From NCBI RefSeq assembly GCF_037042905.1, contig NC_087256.1, positions 24,490,001 through 24,554,000 on the forward strand: a stretch of DNA of 64,000 nt, written 5' to 3'. The notes under the pieces are model-generated. The model saw only the letters and a list, made by a program, of their open reading frames with translations. It did not search any database and had not been told where the DNA came from. The position numbers and the translations under genes are program-made. This document shows, in pieces, positions 52,566-64,000 of the stretch. The DNA is from Lytechinus pictus. Lineage: Eukaryota. Position 1 is the first letter of the stretch. Every line of letters begins with the position of its first letter.

Positions 52566-53370
52566 CCAGGGGGCAGTCAAACACATTGCTGTACACATGT
52601 GTGACCAAAAAAAAAGTGTTTAAACAGGTGTTTTTACAGTTTTGGACGCGGGCCATGCTCGCACACCCGTTAAGGGTATAAAAAACACAGATTTTCAAGA
52701 AAAAGGATGGTTTTGAAAGACTGGTCAATGCGGGGCAAAATAGGGTATTCTTTTCCAATGCTTTTTTTTTTAAAGACTAGCCAAACGTGTTTAGGGTATG
52801 TTTTTCCCCAAGCTTTTTCCCCGAGGTCATATTCTGGCGACAAATTGTGTATTTAAAGCCCGCAAAAAACTTGTTTAGGGGGTTATTTTGTACATGTACA
52901 GAAAAAACCGTTTAGGGGGTGTTTGGAAATAATTTGGTCACGCTTGTGTACAGCAATATATTTTACTGCCCCCCCCCCCCCTAGTCTGCTGTGCAAACCC
53001 TTCACTCGAGTTAAGGGTCTGAATATGCAGCCGACTCATGCCTTGTGTACTGAAGGCCCTCTCGCTCACAGCAAGTTTTGTATGTGCTAGTCTTTGCGTG
53101 GAGACACACTTGCTGTTCAAAGTTTCAATCAGGGTCTGTGTCTGCAGACTACCCCCCCCCCCTAGTCTGCTATGCAGACTCTGAATGGCTCGTGAAGTGG
53201 GATCTGCAGCTGGTTTGCGAAGCAAACCAGCCTGAAAGGGCGAGCGTAGCGACATCTGCAGCTCAAGTAGACCATGTAGACCTAGTCTGCTATGCAGACT
53301 CCTTGAATCAGCTGTGATACACACACTGCAGATGTGGGTCTACAGTTGTAGACTACCCCCACCCCGGGGG
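52566..53370. mobile_element. GGGGG-ended MITE with TAGTCTG...AGACTA mini-elements inserted in its poly-C end
   Basis: TIR GGGGCAGTCAAACACATTGCTGTACACATGTGTGACCAAA / TTTGGTCACGCTTGTGTACAGCAATATATTTTACTGCCCC. Inserts at 52982-53151 and 53163-53355 are flanked by C-runs. Confidence 0.6.
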
Positions 53371-54101
53371 AAAATAATTCAGTCTGATCGGCTGAGAGTA
53401 CGTAAGCCTGTGAAAATCACTGACTTTTAGGTGTTAGTGAATAAGAAAAATAGAATCCAGATCGGTTTTGAACCCATATGGGACATTTTCATTTTTATAG
53501 ATTATAATATAATGTTTGAATGTATTCTCACATTTTTATGGTATTCGATTCTGAATAATATGTATTCAAACATGAAGAGAAACTTCAATGCCTTACAGAA
53601 GTCCCCAGTGTAAATGATGAGGATTCATTTTAGGGTGTGAAGTTTCACTATACTAACATGAGAAAGATATAATACTCTCCTGCTAAATGCTGCATTATTA
53701 TAATGCCGATATGCACTGAAAAATTGTAATTTTTCTCTATATTTCATTACATGGAAAAAATTTTAAGTGGGATTCCACCATTTTTTGTATTTTGTAACCA
53801 TTTAGCATTTCATTAAAAAGTTACTCAATTTTTTTATTGTTAAATTGTTAATCAGATTTGTAATAAATTTCTAATTGCAAAATTTTGTCCATCCTTTTTT
53901 CTTCGCATGGCAGCTTTCTCCCCCCCCCCCCCCTCTCTTGTTTGGGATGACAGTTCTAAGAAAAACAAATATTATTTGACACCAAGACGAAAAACGTTTT
54001 TGCTCAAGGAATGATGAAGCAAACAAGGATCGTATATAAATTTATAACAATTTGAAAAACGATTGGTAGCCTTGGGGACAAATAACAAAAAAGTTTCCAC
54101 T

Positions 54102-54174
54102 TGGAGAACCCGGGCATCGATCCCGGTACCTCTCGCATGCTAAGCGAGCGCTCTACCATCTGAGCTAGCTCCCC
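54102..54174 (-). tRNA. tRNA-Ala-AGC: tRNA-Ala (anticodon AGC)
   Basis: Reverse complement GGGGAGCTAGCTCAGATGGTAGAGCGCTCGCTTAGCATGCGAGAGGTACCGGGATCGATGCCCGGGTTCTCCA (73 nt) folds as a cloverleaf with the G3.U70 alanine identity pair and the ATCG T-loop typical of eukaryotic tRNA-Ala. A T6 terminator lies at 54087-54092 and a TATA-like run about 30 nt upstream. Confidence 0.97.
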
Positions 54175-55627
54175 TTGTTGAATCTCCCGGGCTTAAATAA
54201 CGTATATATAGATTGCATTTTTGCGTTCTAAACAGTCTTGTTCAAGGTTTTTCATTCATATCAATTTTATTTATTGACAAAGTGAAGGGCAATACTATCT
54301 TAAATAAACACCATTCGTCTTTATCTGAATATCAGCAAAACACTTATCAATTATTTTACTATAGCGGTAATCAATGATAATTTAGGAAGATTATTAGATT
54401 TATTGAAATTTATTCATTTAGTCTGAAGAATTGTACTACTAACCCACATGTAACGAGCGCACGTGGAATGCGACATTGCGACTTGTACTTCCGCATTAAC
54501 ACATCATTCGTGGGACTTGGACAGTCGACAACACTGAAGTCACCACCCTTACCGTAAGTTGCAAATAATACAGCAGTTGTTTGATTAAAAAAATAACAAA
54601 ATAACTAATCATACAGAATATATATTCTAGATTGGAGTGTAGTTACTGCTTAATAAAAGTCAATAAACGTTCGGCTAACTGCCGGTAAAAGCTAAAATGG
54701 TGTTGGTGCGCTTTCGCATCGCACGACGAAATCAACGCAGTTTTCCACGAGCCGCTCGCCGGCACCGCTGGCGCAGGACGAGACCGGAATTTCTTAGGCG
54801 CTATGAGGGTGCAAAAGCGCATTAGCACCAAATGATAGGACATGGTAGTGATTAGACAGGAATAACCGTCGTTTCTGGGGATTTATTCAACAATTTCTGA
54901 CATTTTACTGTAATCCCCATTTACCGACGGTAGAGTGTTCGTGTGGGCTCGCATGTGTTCTCACTCCCTCCCTTTTGTCAATTCACAGACACAGTCCAAA
55001 GTTTGATGTAATTTTAATTACACATCGAATTTAGACTCTAAGGATTTATAACCAACAAACTTTTAATACTTGATATTCCATTTTTTAAATACTTTAAAAC
55101 GATATAGATGAAGGCATGAAAATTATACTTTACCGATGTTTAATTGGGTTGAACACGATGAAAATGGTCAAAATGGCAGCCAAACGAAATATTTACAAAC
55201 GAACGGAGAGGGCGTCAACAATCACGAATGTGATATCGATATTGCTTTCGATATTATACGATCTGCTCCATATGCGAGCGAAACCGAAGATAAACGATAC
55301 TAGTTATACTAGTTATAATCGCGATATATCAAGACATTAAAAAATTAATAACGATAATGACGTCATTCAAGATGGCAACTTGCAAGAAAAACCGTCGGGT
55401 CAGGTGAAAATGTCTTAGATGACAGATTTCTCAATCATCCAGAGGATTTTTTTCAATAACTCCGGCCCAAGGTATGCAATTACTTAAGTTATTTATATTT
55501 CCCTGATAATGGAAACCATGAAACTTTTAATTTTGCTTAAAAAACAGTTTTAAATCGCGATCTATAAAACGCTAGTTCACTATACGTTGGCTGTAGCCAT
55601 AGGTACGGGCCCCCATCCTCTTCAGTC

Positions 55628-55753
55628 TATGTATGGTGAGTGGAGCCAACGTAGTTCAGTGGAACAACCAAAATACAGAGACTGAAGCTTTATGTATGGT
55701 GAGTGGAGCCAACGTAGTTCAGTGGAACAACCAAAATACAGAGACTGAAGCTT
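55628..55753. repeat. Perfect 63-bp tandem duplication
   Basis: TATGTATGGTGAGTGGAGCCAACGTAGTTCAGTGGAACAACCAAAATACAGAGACTGAAGCTT at 55628-55690 and 55691-55753. Confidence 0.95.
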
Positions 55754-58700
55754 TTGGTCTAGGTAGTAATGGGCACGTTGACTTCCTTGCCTTTAATTTG
55801 AACTGAAACTTTAACAGTGTTTTCTGAAGGCAATCTGAATGTTTCCCATCTACTCTGCTGCCTGCATTCAATTTTGTTTTATCTAAAGTTGTTTGCTTGA
55901 CATTAATGACAATAATAATACTAAATTACGAGGCAGCTGTCTGTTTCGAGGAGTATTCGCCTTTTCGGTCACCCTGTCCCTGCCCAGAATTCAGTCACAT
56001 GACATTTTGCAGTATTTTTGTCCAATAAAACTTTTTGTATCCTAAAATTATTTCATAATTCATGTGTAAAAATGCAAAGACTACAAAAATAAACTAAATA
56101 AAGATTAAAGTGAGAGGAAAACATTGCTTTTAAAAGAAATTTGACATTGAAAAGAATGTCCCCAGGCCCAGTCTCCAGACACACGTACGTGCATAGCGCC
56201 AACTTAATGTGTTCCGCCATCTTGCTTGTTGGTTGCCGATAAAATGCGCATTTTCAGATTTTTTTACGCTCAGTTATTACCCATGACTGAAACATTGACC
56301 AATCAAAAACTAAGATTCTATAAGAAATATGAATATTCATATACGAAAGTATAAACATAGATAATTCAGTTTTATGTGAAATTTAAACCCAATACTTCAA
56401 AATATGGTTAGTTTTATGTCTCTAAAATGACCCTTAAAACCAGAATTTTATTACTAAAAAATAAAGGTTTTCCCAAGTTGCCATGGTAACGCGGTCTGAG
56501 ATATAAAAGCTTAGCAAACACTTCATTTCAGTGATCGAGGATGTATTTGTTTACGGTATACGTCTACATAAATTATAAAATTTTTTTCCAGACCATGGAT
56601 GAACTGTCAAAAAGAGACATTTTAGGCAAGTTTTTACGATTTCCGGCAATTTTCTGACACAGGCACTTTGAAGAGGTAATTTTTACAGAATTAGAAGAAG
56701 ACATCATGGATTTTCCTAATTATCACGACGGATATGCAACTTACTTGTAAACAAATCAAACAAAGTCTATGATACATTTTCGATAATGCAAAAAGAGACA
56801 TTCAAGTCTCTGATTGAGAGCCGCAGATTGAACATTCGCACGGCGCAATGGTAGCGTTTTCGCCGAATTCGTCGGGGCGAAAACTCCAAGCGAGCCGTAC
56901 CACTCACCAGTCCCGAACGCTGCGCTGTATGTTTGATGATTTATCTGGTGCCATTTCGTGCTTATAAATTTGTTTTTTCTACAATGCCACTATCTCATTA
57001 AAATTGTTTGTCATGATAACATTGGAAATATTATCGTTTAATGGCCCAAAGGATCGACTGTAATAAAAGATACTTTGAAATATTGTCAGAGAGTGATTAG
57101 TTAGGTGATGTTTATGGTCAGAATTTAGTCATGGCTTCGGGTGAACTTACGCGAACGCGGTCACTTGCTCACGGGGCGAGTCGGCCTGGCCCTTTGGTGG
57201 AAGGCCGTTAGGCAACGTGCAGTGCAGCTAGAGCAGAGTTGGGGAGTTATAACTTATAGGTATAAAAATACTTTGAAATAAGTAATCTGCAAATATTTTT
57301 GTCTTATCCCTTTGGATTACTTAGATAAGAAATTCTAATTCTCAAAGTTTAAATCAAATTTTAGACAGTGACAACAAAGAGTGGTGCTGTATGGGGGGGG
57401 GGTCTTGCATGCCCCCAAATTAAATTCACAAACAAGAAAAAAAAAGGAAAAGGTAAGAGAATCTTGCGAAATTGTTCAATTTGATTTTTGTAACCAAAAG
57501 TCAAAATTATGCTTATGTCGCTTGCTTGCAACTATATATTTTATAAATTTTGCCTGATACCCCATATCGTAGTACCCTCAATTATTTTCACTTGTTACGC
57601 CACTGACATGACTGATATAACATCTACTATATAGTTTATGATAACATTATTTGGTTGCGGGATCAAAGCATCAGCTATAGCTAAAAATTTATACTTTATG
57701 CCTGTTCAACTTCCAATACAGGTTTAGGCCTGTATTTATGAGATGTTAAGATCTATGGGTGCCTTTATTATTTTCATTTTCAATTAAAACAATGATTAAT
57801 TATGTATTAATTTAGTATTAACCTCGATGATACATTTTATTGTGTTAAATCGTACAATTTCTGTTGTATTAATCCCCTTATTAAGCCCTTTTAAAAACAT
57901 GCTCAGTAGCAGACCCCCCCCCATATATAAAGACAATAGAAGTGTATATAGAATTAATTGACCCCCCCTATTGAAGACAAAATGAAAAAAAATACTCAAA
58001 ATAATCGACCGCCCCCCCCCCCCCTTTGACGAGGCAGCTGTCGGTGGCCTGATGTCTTCATTCACTTCTTTTTGCTTGTAAAAATAATATTAAAGAAATA
58101 GGGGCTACTCTAAGTGTCCCCTATGAAAATTGATTTGGATCTGCAAGTGCATGAGGCTGCGCCCCCTCCAACGTCATAGCTACCCCATATCTTTAGGTTC
58201 AAGCTCTCATATTTTTCAGCTCCCTGATTTTTTGGAAGAAAAAAAAACGAGGCGAAAGAAAAGAGTGAAATAAATGAAAAACGATTAATCAAAATTTGAT
58301 TTGTTTGAAAGAATTATACTTATCAGAGAAACTAAATTAAATTCTACAACCATGAGCTGTAGAGCTGGATATGTTCAGTAGGTATTATGAAAGAAGTCTA
58401 ATTCTGTTCTGTTTGATTGAAAAAGCATCAAATAACAGCAATCTTGATAAATTCTGTTTTTTTTTCAAAATCAGAACCAATCAACCTTTTTCTGATTATT
58501 CTGTCACTTTCCATATTTTGGAGAAAAAAATAAAAGTGTTCATCGACGCCCTGTACTGCATGATGAAACTGTATCCCCACTCGGCCCTCGTAACCACCCC
58601 CCCTCTCTCTCTCCCTCCCCCCCCCCCCACCACAATGCCCCTTGCTCATTTCTCTTATCTCACCTTGACCTTAATTAATTAATCTTAACTATTTGGCGGT

Positions 58701-59029
58701 ACAGTCAAACGTGACTGGTCGCCATCATAGTTTCATCCCCAACAAACAAGGAACAAACAATAACAATTCTGTTTTTCGACCCAACATCATTCCTTTCAAT
58801 ACGCGTAAGGCTATACGTGGGCATGCACAAACAACGTGGGTTAACAAAAACTGAACCGCGTTTGGACTGAAATTGTGATTAAAATAAAAATGTTATAAAT
58901 ATGAAAAAAATATGTGTATAATGAAGGATATTTGATAAACGGAAAAACATCAATCGCTAATTCATAAAAATGCTGGAAAAGATTTGACAGAGGTTTTTAA
59001 CAACGGTAATCAAGGGGAATTAGTGTATG

Positions 59030-59155
59030 GGTGAATGGCGTTCGAGTTTTAGCCGAGCGTTAGCCGGTGAGGGCGCGGGCCAAATCTGCCTGAATCTGGC
59101 AATATGGCGTCGTCCATTAAGCTGACGTTAGCCAGCGGCGACTGCACGTACGTGG
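59030..59155 (+). promoter_or_regulatory. Candidate NOP14 promoter / 5'UTR first exon
   Basis: GC/CpG-rich patch with a YY1-like AATATGGCG (59101-59109) and a possible donor C|GTACGT at 59148. An acceptor GGCAG| at 63003 precedes the NOP14 ATG. Confidence 0.4.
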
Positions 59156-59198
59156 ACAAGGAGCAAAATATCTGTGCCAATAACATTCACATACTTAA

Positions 59199-59770
59199 AG
59201 GGATCGTTTAACTTTGTGAGCAGCTGATTTAAAAAATTCTCAAACTGAGTTGAAACGTGCGTATGAGTGCCTGTATTTGTCCTCAAAAACCCTGAAACAG
59301 ACCACAATATAGGATGAAAATCTCTAATTTAGATACAAGTAGCAATTTATTAGCCTGATTTTGAGAACCATCTAGTAGACGGGTTCAGCTTATGACCAGT
59401 TTTCTCCAATTCAAAAAGTCTGTTGGCTATTTTGACTGCCTTCTGTTGTGTGTATCTCCTATACACACGCTATAAGCTGAACTGTACATTCAGTGTATAC
59501 CTTGTACACACTGTATGTAGGTCATGCTGTGTTCATCTAGAAATAATGTGTTGTGGTGCACAGATTCCCTGTATACACATAGTCATTGAAACCAACTCCC
59601 AATTATTTTCAAACTATGGTTTACATCTCCAAGGTTTTAAAATTGATCCTGTAAATATAATACTATGAAACTTTTGGGATGGTATTTTAACACTATAAGC
59701 CTAATGTTTAGCCCATTTTCAGGAACAAAAAGGAGAATTTTTTAAATCAGAACAAAGTGAAATGATCACT
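59199..59770. mobile_element. TTAA-flanked MITE (Kolobok-like)
   Basis: TTAA|AGGGATCGTTTAACTTTGT..CTGATTTAAAAAATTCTC ... GAGAATTTTTTAAATCAG-AACAAAGTGAAATGATCACT|TTAA. Confidence 0.65.
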
Positions 59771-59922
59771 TTAAGACATAATGGTTATGCACACAAAATA
59801 CTCGGGTGACGGTAAACTGGGCAAGTGTCAAACACATGTAGCCTGGAGCCTAGGCTTCTGGGGAGTAAAGTCATCTACTCTACGAGTCTACGTAGGCTTA
59901 CTCCCCATTGAAGCCTGGGACG

Positions 59923-61007
59923 CAGGGTAGGAATTATTTTTTTTTAGGGGCTACTTTTTTTTTTACATTGGGGCTACCACTGAATATCTTGGGGCTATTT
60001 TCTAATTCATGGGGCTACTTTTTTTATCGCATATCAGCAATTACCTTTTGAAATTCCGAGACTCAATGTGATGCCTAAAAGCTCAGAACATTTTTAACTG
60101 TAATTACTGTAGGCTACAGGCCTTACAATAAACAACAGTGATCCCACCAGAGCAGTGGCGTACCTAGGATTTTCACAGGGGGGCAAATTCGTCCGCCCAA
60201 AAAATTGACAAGCAAAAAAAAAAAAAAAAAAAAGGTGCATGGGTTGTGACTCGTCAGGGGGGCAGACTGCCCCCCCCCCCCCCGTAGGTACGCTAGTGCA
60301 CCAGAGTCGCCTTCAGCTTCACACACTTCAGATTCAAGCCAATCGAGGCCCTAAGACTTTATTGTCGATTGTCTCTGTACAGTACTGTTTCTTTTTTGGC
60401 TTATTCTTCTCAACAGTATCTCGATTTGGAGAGGCTTCTGGCGCTGGCTCTGGCCGTTTGGCTAAGCCAGGTTGAACTCGAATTAGAAACTTATCAATCT
60501 CGCACTCCGACTCGATAATCAGCGCTGTCACAATCACCAGCTGATCGCATACAATTCTGTGCATGCCTAGTACACATAATATACTGTACGATGCACGTGG
60601 TCTCGTTACCAGCTGTGCAGTCTAATCGTGCACGCGTACATGTACATAAGCCATGCGGCAAGTGCGTCAATAATTCTAAAACCCCGTGCTAAAGACTATG
60701 CGTACTCCGCATCCCATATTGCATTGCGCGTTTATTTTACAATCGCGAAGCTTCCGGTGTTAATGAAGGTTCGGATATTGCATCGACCGTTCAACTTAAG
60801 CTAGCAAGGGCGATATAAAAGATGCGCTTGCTCCGCCGCCGGAGAACGTATTATGTGAAGTATTTTTTACATTGTCGATGGTATTTTATTGGGGCGATTC
60901 TGAAATAAATAGTCGCCCCAAAGCATTGGGTTTTGAGAATTTTTAGGGGCGATTTGGGCTGTCATGGGGGCCAAATTGCCCGTCACCCCCGTGTAATTCC
61001 GACCCTG
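59923..61007. mobile_element. hAT-like non-autonomous element with perfect 8-bp TSD
   Basis: TIR CAGGGTAGGAATTA / TAATTCCGACCCTG; TSD CTGGGACG at 59915-59922 and 61008-61015. Confidence 0.85.
60153..60298. mobile_element. Small hAT-like MITE nested in the 59923 element
   Basis: CAGTGGCGTACCTA ... TAGGTACGCTAGTG; perfect TSD CACCAGAG at 60145-60152 and 60299-60306. Confidence 0.85.
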
Positions 61008-63066
61008 CTGGGACGCTTAGGCATAGTCATGCACATACGGCCACAAAACCTGAAACTTTCGCCCCCTAGATTTTTACTTTCCCTCTAAAAGATCTAGCCC
61101 TAAATCATGTACATGGGTTTCAACTTCATTTCCGACATTTCTGCGATATCGATTTCATTTTTAAAGAAGAATTCATAAAAAAAACGAGAAAAATGTTATG
61201 AAAAGATGGGAAGAGCTTACGGCCGTGTTTACGTCGCCATCTTGATTTCTTTGTCTTCCGCTTGGCGACAGCACGCAAATCGTGCGATGTGCGTGCTGTC
61301 GCCGAGGCTTCAATGGGGAGTAAGCCTACGTAGAGTAGATGACTTTTACTCCCCAGAAGCCTCCAGGCTAACCACATGGCAAGAATAATGTGTGACGCCC
61401 TGTATCTCCTTGTTGAAGGCACCCTTGCATTTTAGCTGCAGTAAAGTGAACATCTACATGTAGGAAGTACTCTTCACACACATATTAAATTCATTCTACC
61501 AGCAGATACAATGGACATTTACAAGTGTCTAAATCATGGCCATATAGCTCATATGCTAAGAAAACCAAGAAGTGAAAAACTGTGATGACACTGACCACTT
61601 GAGAGGCCAGTTTGACCAATTTCCAAAGTGGTCAGTGGGCTGAACATTTATCAAGGTGGTGATACATGCTTAGATCTCTGAAATATCACATTTTGGTGGC
61701 TTCTAAATTATTCCTGAGTTTTCAACAGCCATTGAAATAAAAACTGACCTAATACTGGACATGTTGTGCTACTGAAGTTTAATTTAAATGTAATGGGACC
61801 TCACTCAGCTGTAATGCTGCATGTAGCCAAACGGCCTCTGATGTTCTTATGACATTGTCTTGTCGTTAAACGGAGAAGAACAAGAAGTTCTAGCTTTTGA
61901 TGTGAAATAATAGTATGTGAAAAGTTCCACACATACACTCACAACCAGTGCGTTTATCTTCATCAGTTTGAAGCAGCACTTTGGAAGAAGAAGCCTAATG
62001 TAAGTAGGCCTGTGTTGAAACACATAAAAGGTCTAAACTAACATTGATTTCACCAGGAAATCCACATTTACGAAAAATCATTTTGATAAAACGGGGTTAA
62101 TCCTGTTTTTTTTTCCTTTATAGAATACTCTTAAAACATATAAAGGATTCAAAATTTGAATTAAAAATTACATAAATGGAACAGATTTCTTACCAGACCG
62201 ATGTCTTGTGTCTCTAAAATGTTCCCATGCTCCCTACATAAACACAATGCGTATAACGTTTGACACATTTTTCATGATGTGTAGATGTGCTGGTCCACAC
62301 AGAGAGAATCGATGGGATCCGGGCTTACCTCATCCCCGAGGACAAGTTCTCGGTCGAAAGGCAAACTTGTCTTGGCATACTTGAATTTGAAACTCAATCG
62401 AAGGGACACTACCCCTTCAGCCAAGTGTCACATACAAGTACATGAATGTCTCCAATCGAGGAGAGGAGCACTGGGGGAAAATCTTGCCAATGCAGGTTTT
62501 CTCGATAGGGAAGAGGTTATATTATAACTTTGTACATGTACGTAGGATGAGTGGTCGCAGTCAGACTTCGTCTTTGCTGTAGGCCTAGTCTATAAATTCA
62601 ATTATGAACCAAAGTTAGCTATAAAATTTGTGTTACCATGTGGTTTTACATGTAGGCTACTGTATGTTTAGTTTAGTCAGCCATTTGCATGAATTATGAT
62701 TGCTAACTTTAGTCCGTGTCAAAAATGCATGTACTGCAAAGACGAAGTTCGACTGATAGTTTTCATGACAATGTTGAGATAAAATATGTCGGATCCGAAA
62801 TAGACCTGTTCCCGATGCATGATGTTGCTGAAATTCAGGTAATCAAATTTGTGTAAAATGTAAATACAAATTGTCCTAAAACGTGCATTTGGGTTGGCTA
62901 CAAAAACTTTTATGCCTGATCTTGCCTGCCAGCATGTATATCAGATCGCACAATGTTAAACCATGCCATGGCTGATTTGTATTTTTATTTTAAACCATGG
63001 CAGATTGACCTGAATGTCTTCGATGCACCGCTTTTGATGGATGGGTGATTGTGAGATAATAGAAAC

Positions 63067-63773
63067 ATGGCCAAGAATAAGAAAAGACGAGGTCTGACAT
63101 CCAAAGTGGAACAGCGCAGCAAGTCAACAGACGTTAAACACAATCCATTTGAAGTTAAAATCAACAAACAAAAGCACAACATTCTAGGAAGAAAGAACAA
63201 ACATGGAAAAGGAATGCCGGCGGTATCCAGGTCTAAAGGACTGCAAAAGGTAAGGTTCTCTTTGCCATTTTGAATCTTCCAAACTGAAGTTGTGAATTAC
63301 ATGTAATGTATTCGAGCTTGCACAGTGGTGGATCTGGCTGGCTGGTCCCTCCAAAGTTTTGTATGGGTTGTTTTTCTATCGTTGTGTTTTTTTCAAAAAA
63401 GGCCACCGTGCATCGTTAAAGAAATATGTTAACTGTATTATAAAACTATGATGGGAAGCTATTGGGCACAGAATTAACCAGCAAGAGAAAAAAAAGTACT
63501 GATGGACCATGTGTCTGGCATTTTAGGGCAAAAATTTGTGTCTCATTTTGTTCTTTTCCAATTTTGACCCCACTCATCTTTGTTATTAGCAATCATGACA
63601 AATTCTCAACTCCCAAAAATTCTTTATTCTATGTGCAGAGAAATGCCACCCTGCTGCAGGAGTACAAACAACGGCATAAAACGAACAAGTTCCTTGACAG
63701 AAGACTAGGAGAGGACGATCCTGGAATGTCAGTCGAGGAGAAGATGATGGAGAGGTTTACGCTGGAAAAACAG
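63067..63773 (+). CDS. NOP14: Nucleolar protein 14, first two coding exons (63067..63249, 63639..63773); continues beyond the window
   Basis: MAKNKKRR...NPFEVKINKQKHNILGRK...GMPAVSRSKGLQK/RNATLLQEYKQRHKTNKFLDRRLGEDDPGMSVEEKMMERFTLEKQ matches the Nop14 N-terminus. Phase-0 GT-AG intron. The window ends in a pyrimidine-rich ...CAG that may be the next acceptor. Confidence 0.93.
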
Positions 63774-64000
63774 GTTTGTTTTCTTTGATTATTGATTTCA
63801 TGACTTATCTCATGACTGTGGGCGCCTTTCACTGGTCTTTGAGGGTGGAGTATCGAGTGGATCAAATGTCTATATCTCTGTGTGAAGTTAGAAATCAAAC
63901 AGAATTTTCCATATAGTTTTACTAAATACAAAATCATATTTAATTGATCCATCTTTCGTGATGAATGAGAGCATTTCCAAGAACTTTTGCTTCAACACAG

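Larger units (their letters stand above)
59839..61370. mobile_element. Outer TAG...CTA element with ~75-bp TIRs (hAT- or Academ-like), host of two nested elements
   Basis: TAGCCTGGAG..GCTTCTGGGGAGTAAAGTCATCTACTCTACG..TAGGCTTACTCCCCATTGAAGCCT recurs inverted at ~61300-61370. Flanks AACACATG / ACCACATG match at 7 of 8 positions. Confidence 0.7.

Noticed and set aside
54439-54850. Telomerase RNA, RNase P/MRP or 7SK candidate near the tRNA
   Set aside because: Only a 7-nt CTAACCC is present, with no recognisable pseudoknot, H/ACA or P4 consensus.
56163-57188. Possible CAGGCC-ended transposon
   Set aside because: The terminal match is weak and there is no target-site duplication.
62285-62527. 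80-aa ORF and a minus-strand donor-like site upstream of NOP14
   Set aside because: No recognisable homology and no partner exons in compatible phase.
63440-64000. Intronic snoRNA candidates in NOP14 (ATGATG..CTGA; GTGATGA at 63957)
   Set aside because: The first has an imperfect C box and no terminal stem or recognisable guide; the second runs into a probable splice acceptor with no D box in the window.

Overview
AT-rich, intron-rich animal genomic DNA, probably from a marine invertebrate; the repeat content suggests an echinoderm such as a sea urchin (inference). There are four N-gaps. I assembled four spliced protein-coding genes by hand from GT-AG junctions with consistent phase: (1) the last five exons of an angiotensin-converting-enzyme-like (peptidase M2) gene on +, which lacks a transmembrane anchor and has substitutions at key active-site residues; (2) a complete 15-exon BTBD16 gene on - (679 aa); (3) head-to-head with it, a complete 5-coding-exon ankyrin-repeat/SOCS-box (ASB-family) gene on + (451 aa); (4) the first two coding exons of NOP14 on +. 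There is one intact tRNA-Ala(AGC) gene on -. The rest is dense in non-autonomous transposons: Helentron-type HINEs, Harbinger-, Kolobok-, Sola2- and hAT-like MITEs, and a tRNA-derived SINE. The most unusual stretch is about 5 kb just downstream of the ASB gene (39.6-44.35 kb). It is a patchwork of short relics from seven unrelated mobile-element sources, all on the minus strand, which resembles a uni-strand (flamenco-like) piRNA cluster. It includes a minimal Penelope-type hammerhead ribozyme with a U3-A8 core variant. All family assignments come from recalled motifs, not database searches.
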